Assembly: GCA_002380425.1 (NCBI GenBank)
Contig: DFUR01000105.1
Span: 7,614 to 71,613 of the forward strand
DNA length: 64,000 nucleotides
From: Bacteroidales bacterium UBA4181
GTDB lineage: Bacteria > Bacteroidota > Bacteroidia > Bacteroidales > UBA4181
Direction of reading: 5' to 3'
The notes beneath the pieces are model-generated. The model saw only the letters and a program-made list of their open reading frames with translations. It was not told the DNA's origin and made no database searches. This document shows positions 37,904 through 47,450 of this stretch, one piece after another. Positions within the stretch are counted from its first letter, which is position 1; the number at the start of each line of letters is the position of its first letter. The translations under genes were made by a program, and so were the position numbers.

Positions 37904-38741
37904 GATGTGTTGGAGAAATCTTCTGATAAGGCCATCTGCCTTAATATTGTTACTGGTTGCCATAGGTGGGGTAGCTCCGGTTCTTGCCGGAGAGAGTGTG
38001 GGTGCCCGAGCAGCGGCTCTGGGGGGAGCCTCGGTAGTGCTCACCGATCCCTCGGCTCTGTGGAACAATCCTTCGGCCATTGTCCTTCAGCACCATTGTT
38101 CGGTCACCTTCAGCCAGCATATTCCCTTCGGAATCCGCGAACTATCCCTAAAGACTCTGGGCGTGGTATATCCTGTAAAAAAAACCCTTGTTTCATCTGG
38201 TCTTCGCTATTTTGGATACACCTCCTATCATGAAACGGAGTTGCGGGTTTCTCTTGCCAGGACCCTTGCTGCTGGGTGGTCGTTGGGGGTGTCCATGGGG
38301 TGGCACAGGAGGTATGTAGCGTTTGCCAGCCGTCATCCGGATGCCGTGTCCGGATCCGTAGGTGTCCTTGGGATGCTGAGCCCCAATGTTTCCCTTGGTC
38401 TGTGTTTGCTGAACATCACCGGTGCCTGCAAAGACAGGAACCATCCTTACCGGGTGCCTTCCGGGATGAGGCTCGGGGGCGGTTTGCGCATTGAGCCCGA
38501 TTTGTTTCTCGTAGCGGAGTGTTTTAAGGATGTCGAGTTCCCCCCGGTCTGGATGGCTGGGCTGGAATACACCCCGGTGTCCTTATGGGTATTCCGGGCA
38601 GGATGTTCCTTGGGGTCGGTTCGACGCTTCTCTGCAGGATTCGGATTCCGCTACAGAAGTTTTCTGATAGACTTTTCCTTTTTTTGGCATCAGGTCCTTG
38701 GGTTTACGCCTGCAACTTCTCTGACATGGCAGCGACCGTAA
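37893..38741 (+). CDS. small outer-membrane beta-barrel protein (PorV/PorQ/UPF0164-like)
   Basis: It has a signal peptide, a GARAAALGGASVVLTDPSALWNNPSAI N-terminal motif, and alternating hydrophobic strands. The start may be 37902 or 37905. Confidence 0.55.
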   Translation: MANMMCWRNLLIRPSALILLLVAIGGVAPVLAGESVGARAAALGGASVVLTDPSALWNNPSAIVLQHHCSVTFSQHIPFGIRELSLKTLGVVYPVKKTLVSSGLRYFGYTSYHETELRVSLARTLAAGWSLGVSMGWHRRYVAFASRHPDAVSGSVGVLGMLSPNVSLGLCLLNITGACKDRNHPYRVPSGMRLGGGLRIEPDLFLVAECFKDVEFPPVWMAGLEYTPVSLWVFRAGCSLGSVRRFSAGFGFRYRSFLIDFSFFWHQVLGFTPATSLTWQRP

Positions 38742-40801
38742 CTCATAAGGAATGGCGAAGGGCTCTTTTCTCCGGACTTGTGCGTACGCACCAAGCTGTT
38801 CTAGTGCTGTGTCTCACTTTGGTTCCCGGTGTCTGCCTGGTGGCTGAACCTGTTCCCGGAGCCTGGCCCGGGAGTGATGCTGATATTGTGGATTTCCTCA
38901 CAGACGGAGATATCCGCGAGGGTGCGGTAGAGGACGTTTCCGAGCGGTTGGACGATTTGGTCCAACGCCCCGTGTGCCTTTCCGTACCAGAGCCTTTGGA
39001 ACTGAACCGTTTGTTTTGGCTGTCCCCCTTTCAGATTTCGGTACTGTGTGATTATATCCGGGTGCACGGTCCTCCCGTTTCGGTGTATGAACTGGCCTAT
39101 CTCCCGGGATTCAGTACTGCCCTGATGCGGACGCTCATGCCCTTTGTGGTTTTGTGTGACTCAGCAGCCATGGCACGTCCCGTGGGATCCCGTCATAGGG
39201 CCATCTCCTCCTACCATCGAGCCTTGCAGGGAGGAAGCCGGAGTAACACAAAAACACCAGTACTGGGCAGCAGGGACAAAATTTCGCTCAGATACCAGTA
39301 TCAGGGACAGTCCGGGCTAACCCTGGGTTGGTTGGCCTCGAAGGACCCGGGAGAGGAGTTCTTCAGCGGTTCCAACCGAAAAGGATTTGATGCTTACTCG
39401 GGTTATTTGCTCTGCCAGGGACGTGGTTGGCTTCAGAAGTGGGTTGTGGGTGATTTTAAGGCCGATTTTGGGTACGGTCTGGTTCTGGGAGCTTCGGGTT
39501 ATTCCGCAAGATCCATGATGATTTCCCGCCCGGCAAGGTCTTCCGGAGGTCTGCGTGGCTACACCGGAGCTTCGGGCCAGGGCCATTTTCGTGGTTTGGG
39601 AGCCGTATGGCAGAACGGTCCCTGGCAAGGAACCCTGTTTGTCTCCGCCACCTCCAGGGATGCTTCCATGGAGGCTGATTCCACCGGTCCGGGTCCCCCT
39701 CGCCTGGGAGTCCGCACCCTGATCACTACAGGGGTTCATGCCACCCCCGGCGATTTAGAACACCGGGGTGCGCTGAGGGAATACAATACGGGCATCAACC
39801 TTACACGGTCGGGAGAGGTTCTGCGCCTTTCACTCACCGGGCTCGGTACCCGCTATGGGGCTCCTTTCCTCCCCGGGGAGAAGGAGTATCAGCGATACGA
39901 ATTTTCGGGTTCCGGGTGTGTCCAGGCATCCCTGTCCTATACACTTCTTTGCGGGCGCTGGTGGCTCTTTGGAGCTTATGCCCTCGCCCGGGGTGGAGCC
40001 TGTGCCTGGTTACAGGGCGTACAGGTTCGGTTGGGTGGGAGTGCCCATGCAACCTTGCTGAGCCGGAGTTTTTCGCCAGACTACTATGCGCCCTACGGGA
40101 ACACATTCACACAAGGGACCACTCTGTCCAACGAGCGGGGTTTCCTGCTGGGATTTGAATTCCCTCTTGGTCGCAGGTGGTGGATGAAGGCCTCTGCCGA
40201 TATGTTTGCTTTCCCCCGCGCAAGGAGTACTGTCTCGTCCCCGTCTGGTGGGTATGAAATACTGCTTAGAGCAGAGTTTTCGAGCCGTCAGAGCGACCGT
40301 TTGGGGATACAGTGGCGGGAGGAACGAAAGGTCCGGGAGTTCTCTGGCATACCGGGTGAAGTGGTACAATCATCGTTGCGGCTGGATCTGGAGCGGGAAC
40401 TCTCTCCGTTTTTTCGATATCAGTTGCGCCTCGAGGGCAAGCTGGTCAAAAAACCACCCGGATCCTCCCGGGGCGTATATCTGGGTCAGGACCTGCGGGC
40501 AGGTCGTTCCGGCATGCCGTTACAGGGCTCGCTTCGTTTGGCTTTTTTTGATACCCGGGATTACGATGCCCGCATCTATGCCTATGAACAGGATTTGTTG
40601 TATCAGTTCACGGTCCCGGCTTTTTTTGACAGAGGGGTACGTGTCTATATCCAGGTATACTGGAGTATGTCACGGAAAGCCTCGTTGCGCTTTAAATGTT
40701 CCCGAACGTTCTGGCCGGGCAGGGGGCAGTCTGCAACTGAAGGGTTGTCAGATAAAAACACCCGGACGGAGGTCCGGGTGCAGTTTGTGTTCAAATCCTG
40801 A
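38726..40801 (+). CDS. helix-hairpin-helix (ComEA-like) domain protein fused to a large predicted beta-barrel
   Basis: The track ORF starts at 38585, but the ATG at 38726 precedes a hydrophobic signal-like segment and overlaps the upstream stop by 16 nt. The HhH region is LNRLFWLSPFQISVLCDYIRVHGPPVSVYELAYLPGFSTALMRTLMPFV. The remaining roughly 550 aa are rich in G/Y/R beta-strand repeats and end in VRVQFVFKS. Confidence 0.55.
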   Translation: MAATVTHKEWRRALFSGLVRTHQAVLVLCLTLVPGVCLVAEPVPGAWPGSDADIVDFLTDGDIREGAVEDVSERLDDLVQRPVCLSVPEPLELNRLFWLSPFQISVLCDYIRVHGPPVSVYELAYLPGFSTALMRTLMPFVVLCDSAAMARPVGSRHRAISSYHRALQGGSRSNTKTPVLGSRDKISLRYQYQGQSGLTLGWLASKDPGEEFFSGSNRKGFDAYSGYLLCQGRGWLQKWVVGDFKADFGYGLVLGASGYSARSMMISRPARSSGGLRGYTGASGQGHFRGLGAVWQNGPWQGTLFVSATSRDASMEADSTGPGPPRLGVRTLITTGVHATPGDLEHRGALREYNTGINLTRSGEVLRLSLTGLGTRYGAPFLPGEKEYQRYEFSGSGCVQASLSYTLLCGRWWLFGAYALARGGACAWLQGVQVRLGGSAHATLLSRSFSPDYYAPYGNTFTQGTTLSNERGFLLGFEFPLGRRWWMKASADMFAFPRARSTVSSPSGGYEILLRAEFSSRQSDRLGIQWREERKVREFSGIPGEVVQSSLRLDLERELSPFFRYQLRLEGKLVKKPPGSSRGVYLGQDLRAGRSGMPLQGSLRLAFFDTRDYDARIYAYEQDLLYQFTVPAFFDRGVRVYIQVYWSMSRKASLRFKCSRTFWPGRGQSATEGLSDKNTRTEVRVQFVFKS

Positions 40802-40812
40802 GGAGGGATGGG

Positions 40813-41811
40813 TTATTTGGGGTCGTATGCCCACTTCAGGTAGATGGCGCCCCAGGTAAAACCTCCGCCAAAGGCAACCAGGACCAGATTGTCCCCTTTC
40901 CGAAGTTTGTGCTCCAGTTCCCAGAGACACAGAGGTATGGTTGCTGCGGTGGTATTTCCGTAACGGTCAATATTGATGGCCACCTTGTCCGGAGTCAATC
41001 CGGCTCTCTGACCGGTGGCATCGATGATTCTCAGGTTGGCCTGATGAGGTACCAGCCAGGCAAGGTCATCAGCAGTGAGCTGGTTACGTTTCATAATCTC
41101 CTCTGTAACGTCAGCCATGCGCGACACTGCAGCCTTGAAAACCGTCTTGCCTTCCTGATACACGTAGTGCCAACGGTTGTCCACAGTTTCGTGGCTGGCC
41201 GGATGGAGGGAGCCGCCTGCTTTCATGAACAGAACATCCTTACCGGAGCCGTCAATGTGGCAAATGTGGTCCATCACCCCGCATTCTTCTGTGGTGGGTT
41301 CAATAAGCAGGGCCGTGGCAGCATCGCCGAACAGCGGACAGGTGTTCCGGTCCTGATAGTTGACGATGGAAGACATTTTGTCCCCGGCAAGCAGTAGAAT
41401 TTTTTTGTAGTTTCCGCCGAGGATGAAGTTGTTCACCGTTTCGAGCGCAAAAACGAAACCGGAGCACGCTGCCAGCAGGTCGTATCCCCAGGCATTGCGG
41501 ATGCCCAGTTCGTGGGCAACCAAGCAGGCCGTCGCCGGGAAAACCATGTCAGCCGTGGTGGTTGCGGCAATCACCAAGTCGATGTCATCGGGGTTGGTGC
41601 CTGTTTTCTGGAGCAGTTTTCGGGCAGCCTCGGCCATCATGTAGGAGGTCGCCTTGCCTTCTTCCTTAAGAATTCTTCGTTCCTTGATGCCAACTCTTTG
41701 GGTAATCCATTCATCCGAAGTATCCACCATGGTGCTGAGTTCATGGTTGTTCAGGATATAGTCAGGCAGAAAGGCCTCAATCCCGGTGATAGCGGCTCTA
41801 ATTTTGCTCAT
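40813..41811 (-). CDS. fabH: beta-ketoacyl-ACP synthase III
   Basis: It has the active-site cysteine in AACSGF, HQANLRI, and GGGFTWGA. Length is 332 aa. Confidence 0.95.
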   Translation of the reverse strand: MSKIRAAITGIEAFLPDYILNNHELSTMVDTSDEWITQRVGIKERRILKEEGKATSYMMAEAARKLLQKTGTNPDDIDLVIAATTTADMVFPATACLVAHELGIRNAWGYDLLAACSGFVFALETVNNFILGGNYKKILLLAGDKMSSIVNYQDRNTCPLFGDAATALLIEPTTEECGVMDHICHIDGSGKDVLFMKAGGSLHPASHETVDNRWHYVYQEGKTVFKAAVSRMADVTEEIMKRNQLTADDLAWLVPHQANLRIIDATGQRAGLTPDKVAINIDRYGNTTAATIPLCLWELEHKLRKGDNLVLVAFGGGFTWGAIYLKWAYDPK

Positions 41812-42757
41812 TATTTACGGAAAAGGATTTCTTGATATGCATCGGAAGATCTGCGTGGACCACTTTCTCAGTCAGCAGAATCATAGTCTTGATGGCACCG
41901 GGGCCTGAGGACCCGTGTCCCACAATCACATTCGCATTGATGCCCAGAATGGGGGTGCCTCCGTGGTTGTCGGGGTTGATTTTGTCAAAGTAGCTGTGAT
42001 GTAGCCCCAGTTTCTGAACCAGATAATAAAAGGCTTCAGCTTCCTTGAGTACTACATTGCCGACAAAGCCGTCGCAGACAATCACATCCGCTTTGTCGCC
42101 GAACAAATCCCGGCCTTCGACATTCCCGACGAAGTTGAATTCGGTGGTGTCCTTCATCAGAGCATAGGTTGATTTGGAGAGCAAATCACCTTTTTCTTCC
42201 TCTTCTCCAATATTCAGCAAGGCAACCCTGGGGTTCTCAATGCCATGAACAAACTCAGCATAGAGGGACCCGAGGATGCCGTACTGGTACAGCACATCGG
42301 GTTTGCAGTCCGGGTTGAGTCCCACATCGAGCAACACATTCAGCCCTCCGTCAAGCCGGGGCGGGAATGTGGCAATGGCAGGCCTGAGGACGCCGGGAAT
42401 CTGCTTGACCGTGTACATGGCTCCAACCATCATAGCTCCGGTACTGCCAGCGCTGGCCAGTCCGTCAATGAGGCCCTGACTCAGCAGCCGGTAGCCCACA
42501 TGGATGCTGGAATTGGTCTTTTGGGCAAACGCTTTGGCCGGGTGTTCTCCCATTCCGATGGTTTCGGGAGCATCCACAATCTCGAAGTTTGAGGAATCAA
42601 ACTTCTCCCTGTGGCAGATCTCTTCAATGGCCTTTTGATCGCCTATCAGGACCAGTCTGGTTCCCGGGTCCAGTTCCTTGAAGGAAGCAATGGCGCCCAG
42701 GACAGTTACTTCCGGAGCGTGGTCGCCACCCATGACATCTAAGCCAATCCTCATCAT
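41798..42757 (-). CDS. plsX: phosphate acyltransferase
   Basis: MRIGLDVMGGDHAP and the CDGFVGNVVLK motif are present. It sits in the classic rpmF-plsX-fabH order. Confidence 0.95.
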   Translation of the reverse strand: MMRIGLDVMGGDHAPEVTVLGAIASFKELDPGTRLVLIGDQKAIEEICHREKFDSSNFEIVDAPETIGMGEHPAKAFAQKTNSSIHVGYRLLSQGLIDGLASAGSTGAMMVGAMYTVKQIPGVLRPAIATFPPRLDGGLNVLLDVGLNPDCKPDVLYQYGILGSLYAEFVHGIENPRVALLNIGEEEEKGDLLSKSTYALMKDTTEFNFVGNVEGRDLFGDKADVIVCDGFVGNVVLKEAEAFYYLVQKLGLHHSYFDKINPDNHGGTPILGINANVIVGHGSSGPGAIKTMILLTEKVVHADLPMHIKKSFSVNNEQN

Positions 42758-42787
42758 TTTCGGGATTTTTATGGGAGAAAGCGTGGT

Positions 42788-42973
42788 TTATGCTGTGGCA
42801 CTCTTTTCAACAGCCAGTTTCCCTCTGTAGTATCCACAGGAAGGGCAAACCCTGTGATAGAGAACGGTTGCATTGCAGTTCGAACACTTGGACAAAGTAG
42901 GAACCACGGCTTTGTCATGTGTTCTTCTTTTATCCCGTCTTTGTTTCGAATGTCTTCTTTTAGGATTAGGCAT
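42788..42973 (-). CDS. rpmF: 50S ribosomal protein L32
   Basis: MPNPKRRHSKQRRDKRRTH plus CxxC...CxxC zinc-ribbon cysteines. Length is 61 aa. Confidence 0.95.
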   Translation of the reverse strand: MPNPKRRHSKQRRDKRRTHDKAVVPTLSKCSNCNATVLYHRVCPSCGYYRGKLAVEKSATA

Positions 42974-42984
42974 TGCTCTGATTA

Positions 42985-43509
42985 TTAATTGTTAACAAAC
43001 TCCATTTCATCATTCTCATCTTCAGTGTCTTCCGGAATGCGTTCCACAAGATACTGTTCCAGTTTTTTCATCATCTCCGGATTACAGAGGGACTGACCCG
43101 CCTGATCCGTGCCGTGCACCTTTCTGAAGGGCAGGCTGAGATGTGCATATTCGTAAATATACTGAGCTACGTCCAGCTCATGCTCTTCGTAGGCCAGAAT
43201 CAGCAATTCGTCCGTTTCCTCGTGCGTGGTGTCTCCAAAACGAACAATCAGCACCGACTGCAGGCTGGAGGGGACCGCTACCGGATCCAGGCAACGGTCG
43301 CAGGGAACCTTAAGGGTTCCCTCCAGCCTGAAGTCCAGTTCCAGAAACCGGGATTTTTTGTTTAGGGTGACCAGCACATCCAGCGAACCGCCCAGGATTT
43401 CCGATTCCGGAAACCTCCCGAAGAACCTGTCATCCAGAGTCCACCGGAATTCATGTATCCCGGCACTCAACCCTTTGAACGGGATAATGTATGTATCTCC
43501 GGCTGTCAC
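42985..43509 (-). CDS. yceD: DUF177 / YceD-family protein
   Basis: 174 aa with an acidic tail and the CDRCL motif. Its position upstream of rpmF is conserved. Confidence 0.85.
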   Translation of the reverse strand: MTAGDTYIIPFKGLSAGIHEFRWTLDDRFFGRFPESEILGGSLDVLVTLNKKSRFLELDFRLEGTLKVPCDRCLDPVAVPSSLQSVLIVRFGDTTHEETDELLILAYEEHELDVAQYIYEYAHLSLPFRKVHGTDQAGQSLCNPEMMKKLEQYLVERIPEDTEDENDEMEFVNN

Positions 43510-43531
43510 CTGTTCACAAAATTTCAGGCTG

Positions 43532-43539
43532 CAAAACTA
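43532..43539 (-). promoter_or_regulatory. candidate -7 box TAGTTTTG for the yceD-rpmF-plsX-fabH operon
   Basis: The plus strand reads CAAAACTA, an exact TAnnTTTG on the minus strand 23 nt upstream of the yceD ATG. A TTTG lies 23 nt further upstream, which is slightly long spacing. Confidence 0.4.
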
Positions 43540-43621
43540 TGAATAATAACTGAAACGGGAAACAAAAAATGATTTTCGAAGCAAAAATTCCTACCTTTAC
43601 GCCCCTCTTTTTGGAAAATTT

Positions 43622-45427
43622 ATGGCATCACAGATCAGAAATATTGCAATCATTGCCCATGTGGATCATGGAAAAACAACCCTGGTAGATACTTTGTTGA
43701 AGATGGGAAAGATCTTCAGGGAGCATGAACAACCTGGGGAGTTGATTATGGACAACAACGATCTGGAGCGGGAGCGGGGCATCACCATTCTGGCAAAGAA
43801 TGTCTCTGTAGAATACAAGGGCGTGAAGATAAATATCATTGACACACCAGGTCATGCTGATTTCGGAGGCGAGGTGGAACGGGTGTTGAATATGGCCGAC
43901 GGGGTCCTGCTGCTGGTGGATGCCTTTGAAGGGACCATGCCGCAGACCCGTTTTGTGCTGCAGAAGGCTCTGAGTATGGGTAAGAAACCCATTGTGGTGA
44001 TCAATAAGGTGGATAAACCCAACTGCCGTCCCGGGGAGGTGCAGGAGGAGGTCTTTGAGTTGATGTTCCATCTGGACGCAACGGAGGACCAGCTTGACTT
44101 TCCCACTGTTTATGGCTCAGCCAAGCAGGGGTGGATGTCTTTTGACTGGAAACAGCCTGCCACCGATATTTCGGCGGTTCTGGATGCCATTATTGAGCAC
44201 ATACCTGAACCCATTGCCCTCGAAGGGACGCCCCAGATGCTGATTACTTCTCTGGAATACTCCAGTTATGTGGGGCGTATTGCCGTGGGACGGTTGCATC
44301 GCGGGGTTTTGCGTGAAGGAATGGCCGTTGCCCTGGTGCATTCTGACGGTACCATCACCAGGAGCCGTATCAAGGAACTTATGGTGTTTGTGGGCCTGGG
44401 TAAGTGCAAGGTGTCTTCTGTTTCCGCCGGAGACATCTGTGCCATTGTTGGCCTGGAAGGATTCAATATCGGGGATACCGTTGCAGATGCTGAGGCTCCC
44501 GAAGGGCTGGAAACCATCTCGGTGGATGAGCCGACCATGAGTATGGTGTTCACCATCAACAACTCTCCTTTCTACGGAAGGGACGGAAAATATGTGACAT
44601 CCCGCCACATTCGCGAGCGTCTGGACAAGGAACTGGAAAAGAATATCGCACTCAGGGTGCGTTCAACTGATTCTGCTGACTCTTTTGAAGTGTTTGGTCG
44701 CGGGATTCTGCATCTTTCGGTGCTGATTGAGACCATGCGCCGCGAAGGATACGAACTTCAGGTTGGCCAGCCAAGAGTGATCATCAAGGAAGTCAATGGC
44801 AAGAAATGTGAACCTGTTGAAGAACTCACCATCGATTTGCCCGAAGAAGTTGCCGGCAAGGTAATTGAGATGGTGACCCGCCGCCGGGGCGAGATGCTGC
44901 GCATGGAGACCCGGGGTGACCGGATGCATCTGGAGTTTTCGATTCCTTCACGGGGAATCATCGGGCTTCGCAATCAGGTGCTCACCGGTACCGCTGGAGA
45001 AGCTGTGATGACCCATCGTTTTGTGGAGTTTGCCCCCATGCGCGGAGATATTGACAAGCGGGTCAACGGGTCTCTGATTGCCATGGAGACAGGACAGGCT
45101 ATCGCCTATGCCCTGGACAAACTGCAGGACCGTGGAAAGTTTTTTGTCGAGCCGGGCGATGAGATATACGCTGGCCAGGTCGTGGGGGAACACACTCGTC
45201 CCGGTGACCTGTGTCTGAATCTTACCAAGACCAAGAAGCTAACCAATATGCGTGCCTCCGGTTCGGATGACAAGGCCCGGATCGCCCCCGCATTGAAGTT
45301 CACCCTCGAGGAAGCTCTGGAGTACATCCAGGAGGATGAATATGTGGAAGTGACGCCCCGGTTTATCCGGATGCGCAAGATTCTGCTGTCGGAGATTGAC
45401 CGAAAAAGAAGTGCCAGTAAATCCTGA
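43622..45427 (+). CDS. typA: translational GTPase TypA/BipA
   Basis: IRNIAIIAHVDHGKTTLVD, DTPGHADFGGEV and NKVD are present. Length is 601 aa. Confidence 0.95.
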   Translation: MASQIRNIAIIAHVDHGKTTLVDTLLKMGKIFREHEQPGELIMDNNDLERERGITILAKNVSVEYKGVKINIIDTPGHADFGGEVERVLNMADGVLLLVDAFEGTMPQTRFVLQKALSMGKKPIVVINKVDKPNCRPGEVQEEVFELMFHLDATEDQLDFPTVYGSAKQGWMSFDWKQPATDISAVLDAIIEHIPEPIALEGTPQMLITSLEYSSYVGRIAVGRLHRGVLREGMAVALVHSDGTITRSRIKELMVFVGLGKCKVSSVSAGDICAIVGLEGFNIGDTVADAEAPEGLETISVDEPTMSMVFTINNSPFYGRDGKYVTSRHIRERLDKELEKNIALRVRSTDSADSFEVFGRGILHLSVLIETMRREGYELQVGQPRVIIKEVNGKKCEPVEELTIDLPEEVAGKVIEMVTRRRGEMLRMETRGDRMHLEFSIPSRGIIGLRNQVLTGTAGEAVMTHRFVEFAPMRGDIDKRVNGSLIAMETGQAIAYALDKLQDRGKFFVEPGDEIYAGQVVGEHTRPGDLCLNLTKTKKLTNMRASGSDDKARIAPALKFTLEEALEYIQEDEYVEVTPRFIRMRKILLSEIDRKRSASKS

Positions 45428-45429
45428 GT

Positions 45430-46161
45430 ATGGAATGGTGCGTGGACATGGGGAATACCAGTGCCCGGGTGGCTTGTTTTGAAGGCACCCAACTGGTGGC
45501 CGAGTATGCCTTCCGGCGTGACGAACCAGCACCCTTGCTACGTTGGATTGCGGCACAACCCATGGCCGAAGCCTGTATTGTGTCAAATGTCGGGGACGAT
45601 GCTCCCCCGGTTCTGAATGCATTCCGTGCCGCCTGCCGTAAGTTTGTGTCGTGGGACGATCGCATCCGGATTCCTTTGAGCATGGACTATCAAACCCCTC
45701 AGACCCTGGGCCGTGACCGGGTGGCCGCTGCCGTGGGTGCGCAGACACTCTACCCTGATACGGATGTGCTCATCGTTGATGCCGGTACGGCCATCACCAT
45801 TGATTTGCTCACAGCTGACGGGCACTTCAGGGGTGGGGTGATTTCCCCGGGCCTGAATCTGAGGTTTCGCGCCCTGCACGAGTTCACCGCACGTCTCCCA
45901 ATGGGAACGGCTGTGTCTCCAGTGGGTTTTCCAGCGACCACTACCCCCGATGCCGTGAACTCCGGAGTGGTTCAGGGGGCTATTTATGAGCTGGATGGCT
46001 ATATCTCTTCATGCCTTGAGCGATATCCCGGGCTTCGGGTGTTGCTCACCGGTGGAGATGCGAATTTTTTTGCAGATCAACTGAAAAATTGCATATTTGT
46101 GGTACCAAAATTGGTATACACAGGATTACACCGAATTCTACAACATAATGCTTCCTGCTAA
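45430..46161 (+). CDS. coaX: type III pantothenate kinase
   Basis: It carries VDMGNTSARV (DxGNT), LGRDRVAAAVGA, and DAGTAITID. Confidence 0.9.
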   Translation: MEWCVDMGNTSARVACFEGTQLVAEYAFRRDEPAPLLRWIAAQPMAEACIVSNVGDDAPPVLNAFRAACRKFVSWDDRIRIPLSMDYQTPQTLGRDRVAAAVGAQTLYPDTDVLIVDAGTAITIDLLTADGHFRGGVISPGLNLRFRALHEFTARLPMGTAVSPVGFPATTTPDAVNSGVVQGAIYELDGYISSCLERYPGLRVLLTGGDANFFADQLKNCIFVVPKLVYTGLHRILQHNASC

Positions 46162-47434
46162 AGCCCTTCTTTTCACGTTGATTTTATCTACGGCTTCAGT
46201 CTCGGTTCTTGCCCAAACAGGTACGCACTCGCCCTATTCCCGCTATGGATTGGGAGAAGTTCATCCCCAGCGTTACGGACAGAGCCGGGCCATGGGAGGC
46301 GTTGCGTATGGCCTGAGTGGCCCGGGGATGATTAACCCGGCCAATCCGGCATCCTACGCAGCTGTTGATACCCTTTCCTTCCTTTTTGATGTGGGGCTCA
46401 CTACCAGCCGCAGCCGGTACACCTCCGGACAGGAGCCCGGAAAAGCCCTGATTAACAACTACGCCTTTGACCACCTGTCCTTGGCTTTTCATATCAAACC
46501 GTGGTGGGTGGCTGCCCTGGGTGTAGCTCCTTATACCAAGGTGGGCTATAACATCAAGCAGGAACTGGACCCCATTCCCGGGGTGGGTATCGTGGATGTG
46601 ACCAACAAAGGCTCCGGGGGAATCAATCGTTTCTTTCTGGGCAGCGGTTTCCGGAATGGCCCTCTGGCCCTGGGATTCAATCTTTCCTATCTGTTTGGCA
46701 CCATGGAGCAGGAGAATTCTCTCTCCTTCCCGGTCGATGACGGGTCGAGTACCACCATCAGTGACAATCAGATCAGAGTGAACCGGTTTACACTCGAGAC
46801 AGGCGTTCAGTACACCTTGCCACTCAGTGACCGGGAACAACTGGTGTTCGGTGCGGTGGTGCAGGCCAGGACCAAGATGAAAGCCAACAGGGAATTGATC
46901 ACGATTGCGCAGCGAAAAGTGCTCTCATCCTCAGGATACCAGATGATCAAGGAGGACACAATCGCTTTGGTGAATGAAAAGGCTAAGTTCTACCTTCCTT
47001 TGTCTATTGGCCTGGGCGTCACTTATGAGTTGGACAAAAAATGGCTCGTGGGACTGGATTATACCCATCAGCGTTGGTCCAATACCGAATTTCCGTGGGA
47101 TGGTACCGATTTGACGAATACCCACGAATTCAACGCTGGCGTGCAGTACACCCCCGATGCCGGGGTTTACGGTAATTATTTCAAGCGTGTCCGGTATCGT
47201 GCTGGTGTTAGCTACCTCAACACCAACCTTAAGCTGAACGGGAAGCAAATCCGTGACATGCACTTTTCTCTGGGTGTGGGTCTCCCCCTCAACGGAAACT
47301 CAGTACTCAACATTGCTTACGAGAACGGAGTGCGCGGAACTACATCTATGGGGCTAGTCCGTCAGAAGTATCACGGCCTGACGGTCAGTTTCTCGTTCCA
47401 GGACATCTGGTTCCGCAAGAATCTGTACAATTAG
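46148..47434 (+). CDS. putative porin-like outer-membrane beta-barrel protein
   Basis: The likely start is ATG 46148, giving MLPAKALLFTLILSTASVSVLAQ (the track ORF starts at 46097). SPYSRYGLGE is an N-terminal motif, followed by beta-strand periodicity throughout. It overlaps coaX by 14 nt. Confidence 0.6.
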   Translation: MLPAKALLFTLILSTASVSVLAQTGTHSPYSRYGLGEVHPQRYGQSRAMGGVAYGLSGPGMINPANPASYAAVDTLSFLFDVGLTTSRSRYTSGQEPGKALINNYAFDHLSLAFHIKPWWVAALGVAPYTKVGYNIKQELDPIPGVGIVDVTNKGSGGINRFFLGSGFRNGPLALGFNLSYLFGTMEQENSLSFPVDDGSSTTISDNQIRVNRFTLETGVQYTLPLSDREQLVFGAVVQARTKMKANRELITIAQRKVLSSSGYQMIKEDTIALVNEKAKFYLPLSIGLGVTYELDKKWLVGLDYTHQRWSNTEFPWDGTDLTNTHEFNAGVQYTPDAGVYGNYFKRVRYRAGVSYLNTNLKLNGKQIRDMHFSLGVGLPLNGNSVLNIAYENGVRGTTSMGLVRQKYHGLTVSFSFQDIWFRKNLYN

Positions 47435-47450
47435 TGACAGGCTTCCCATC

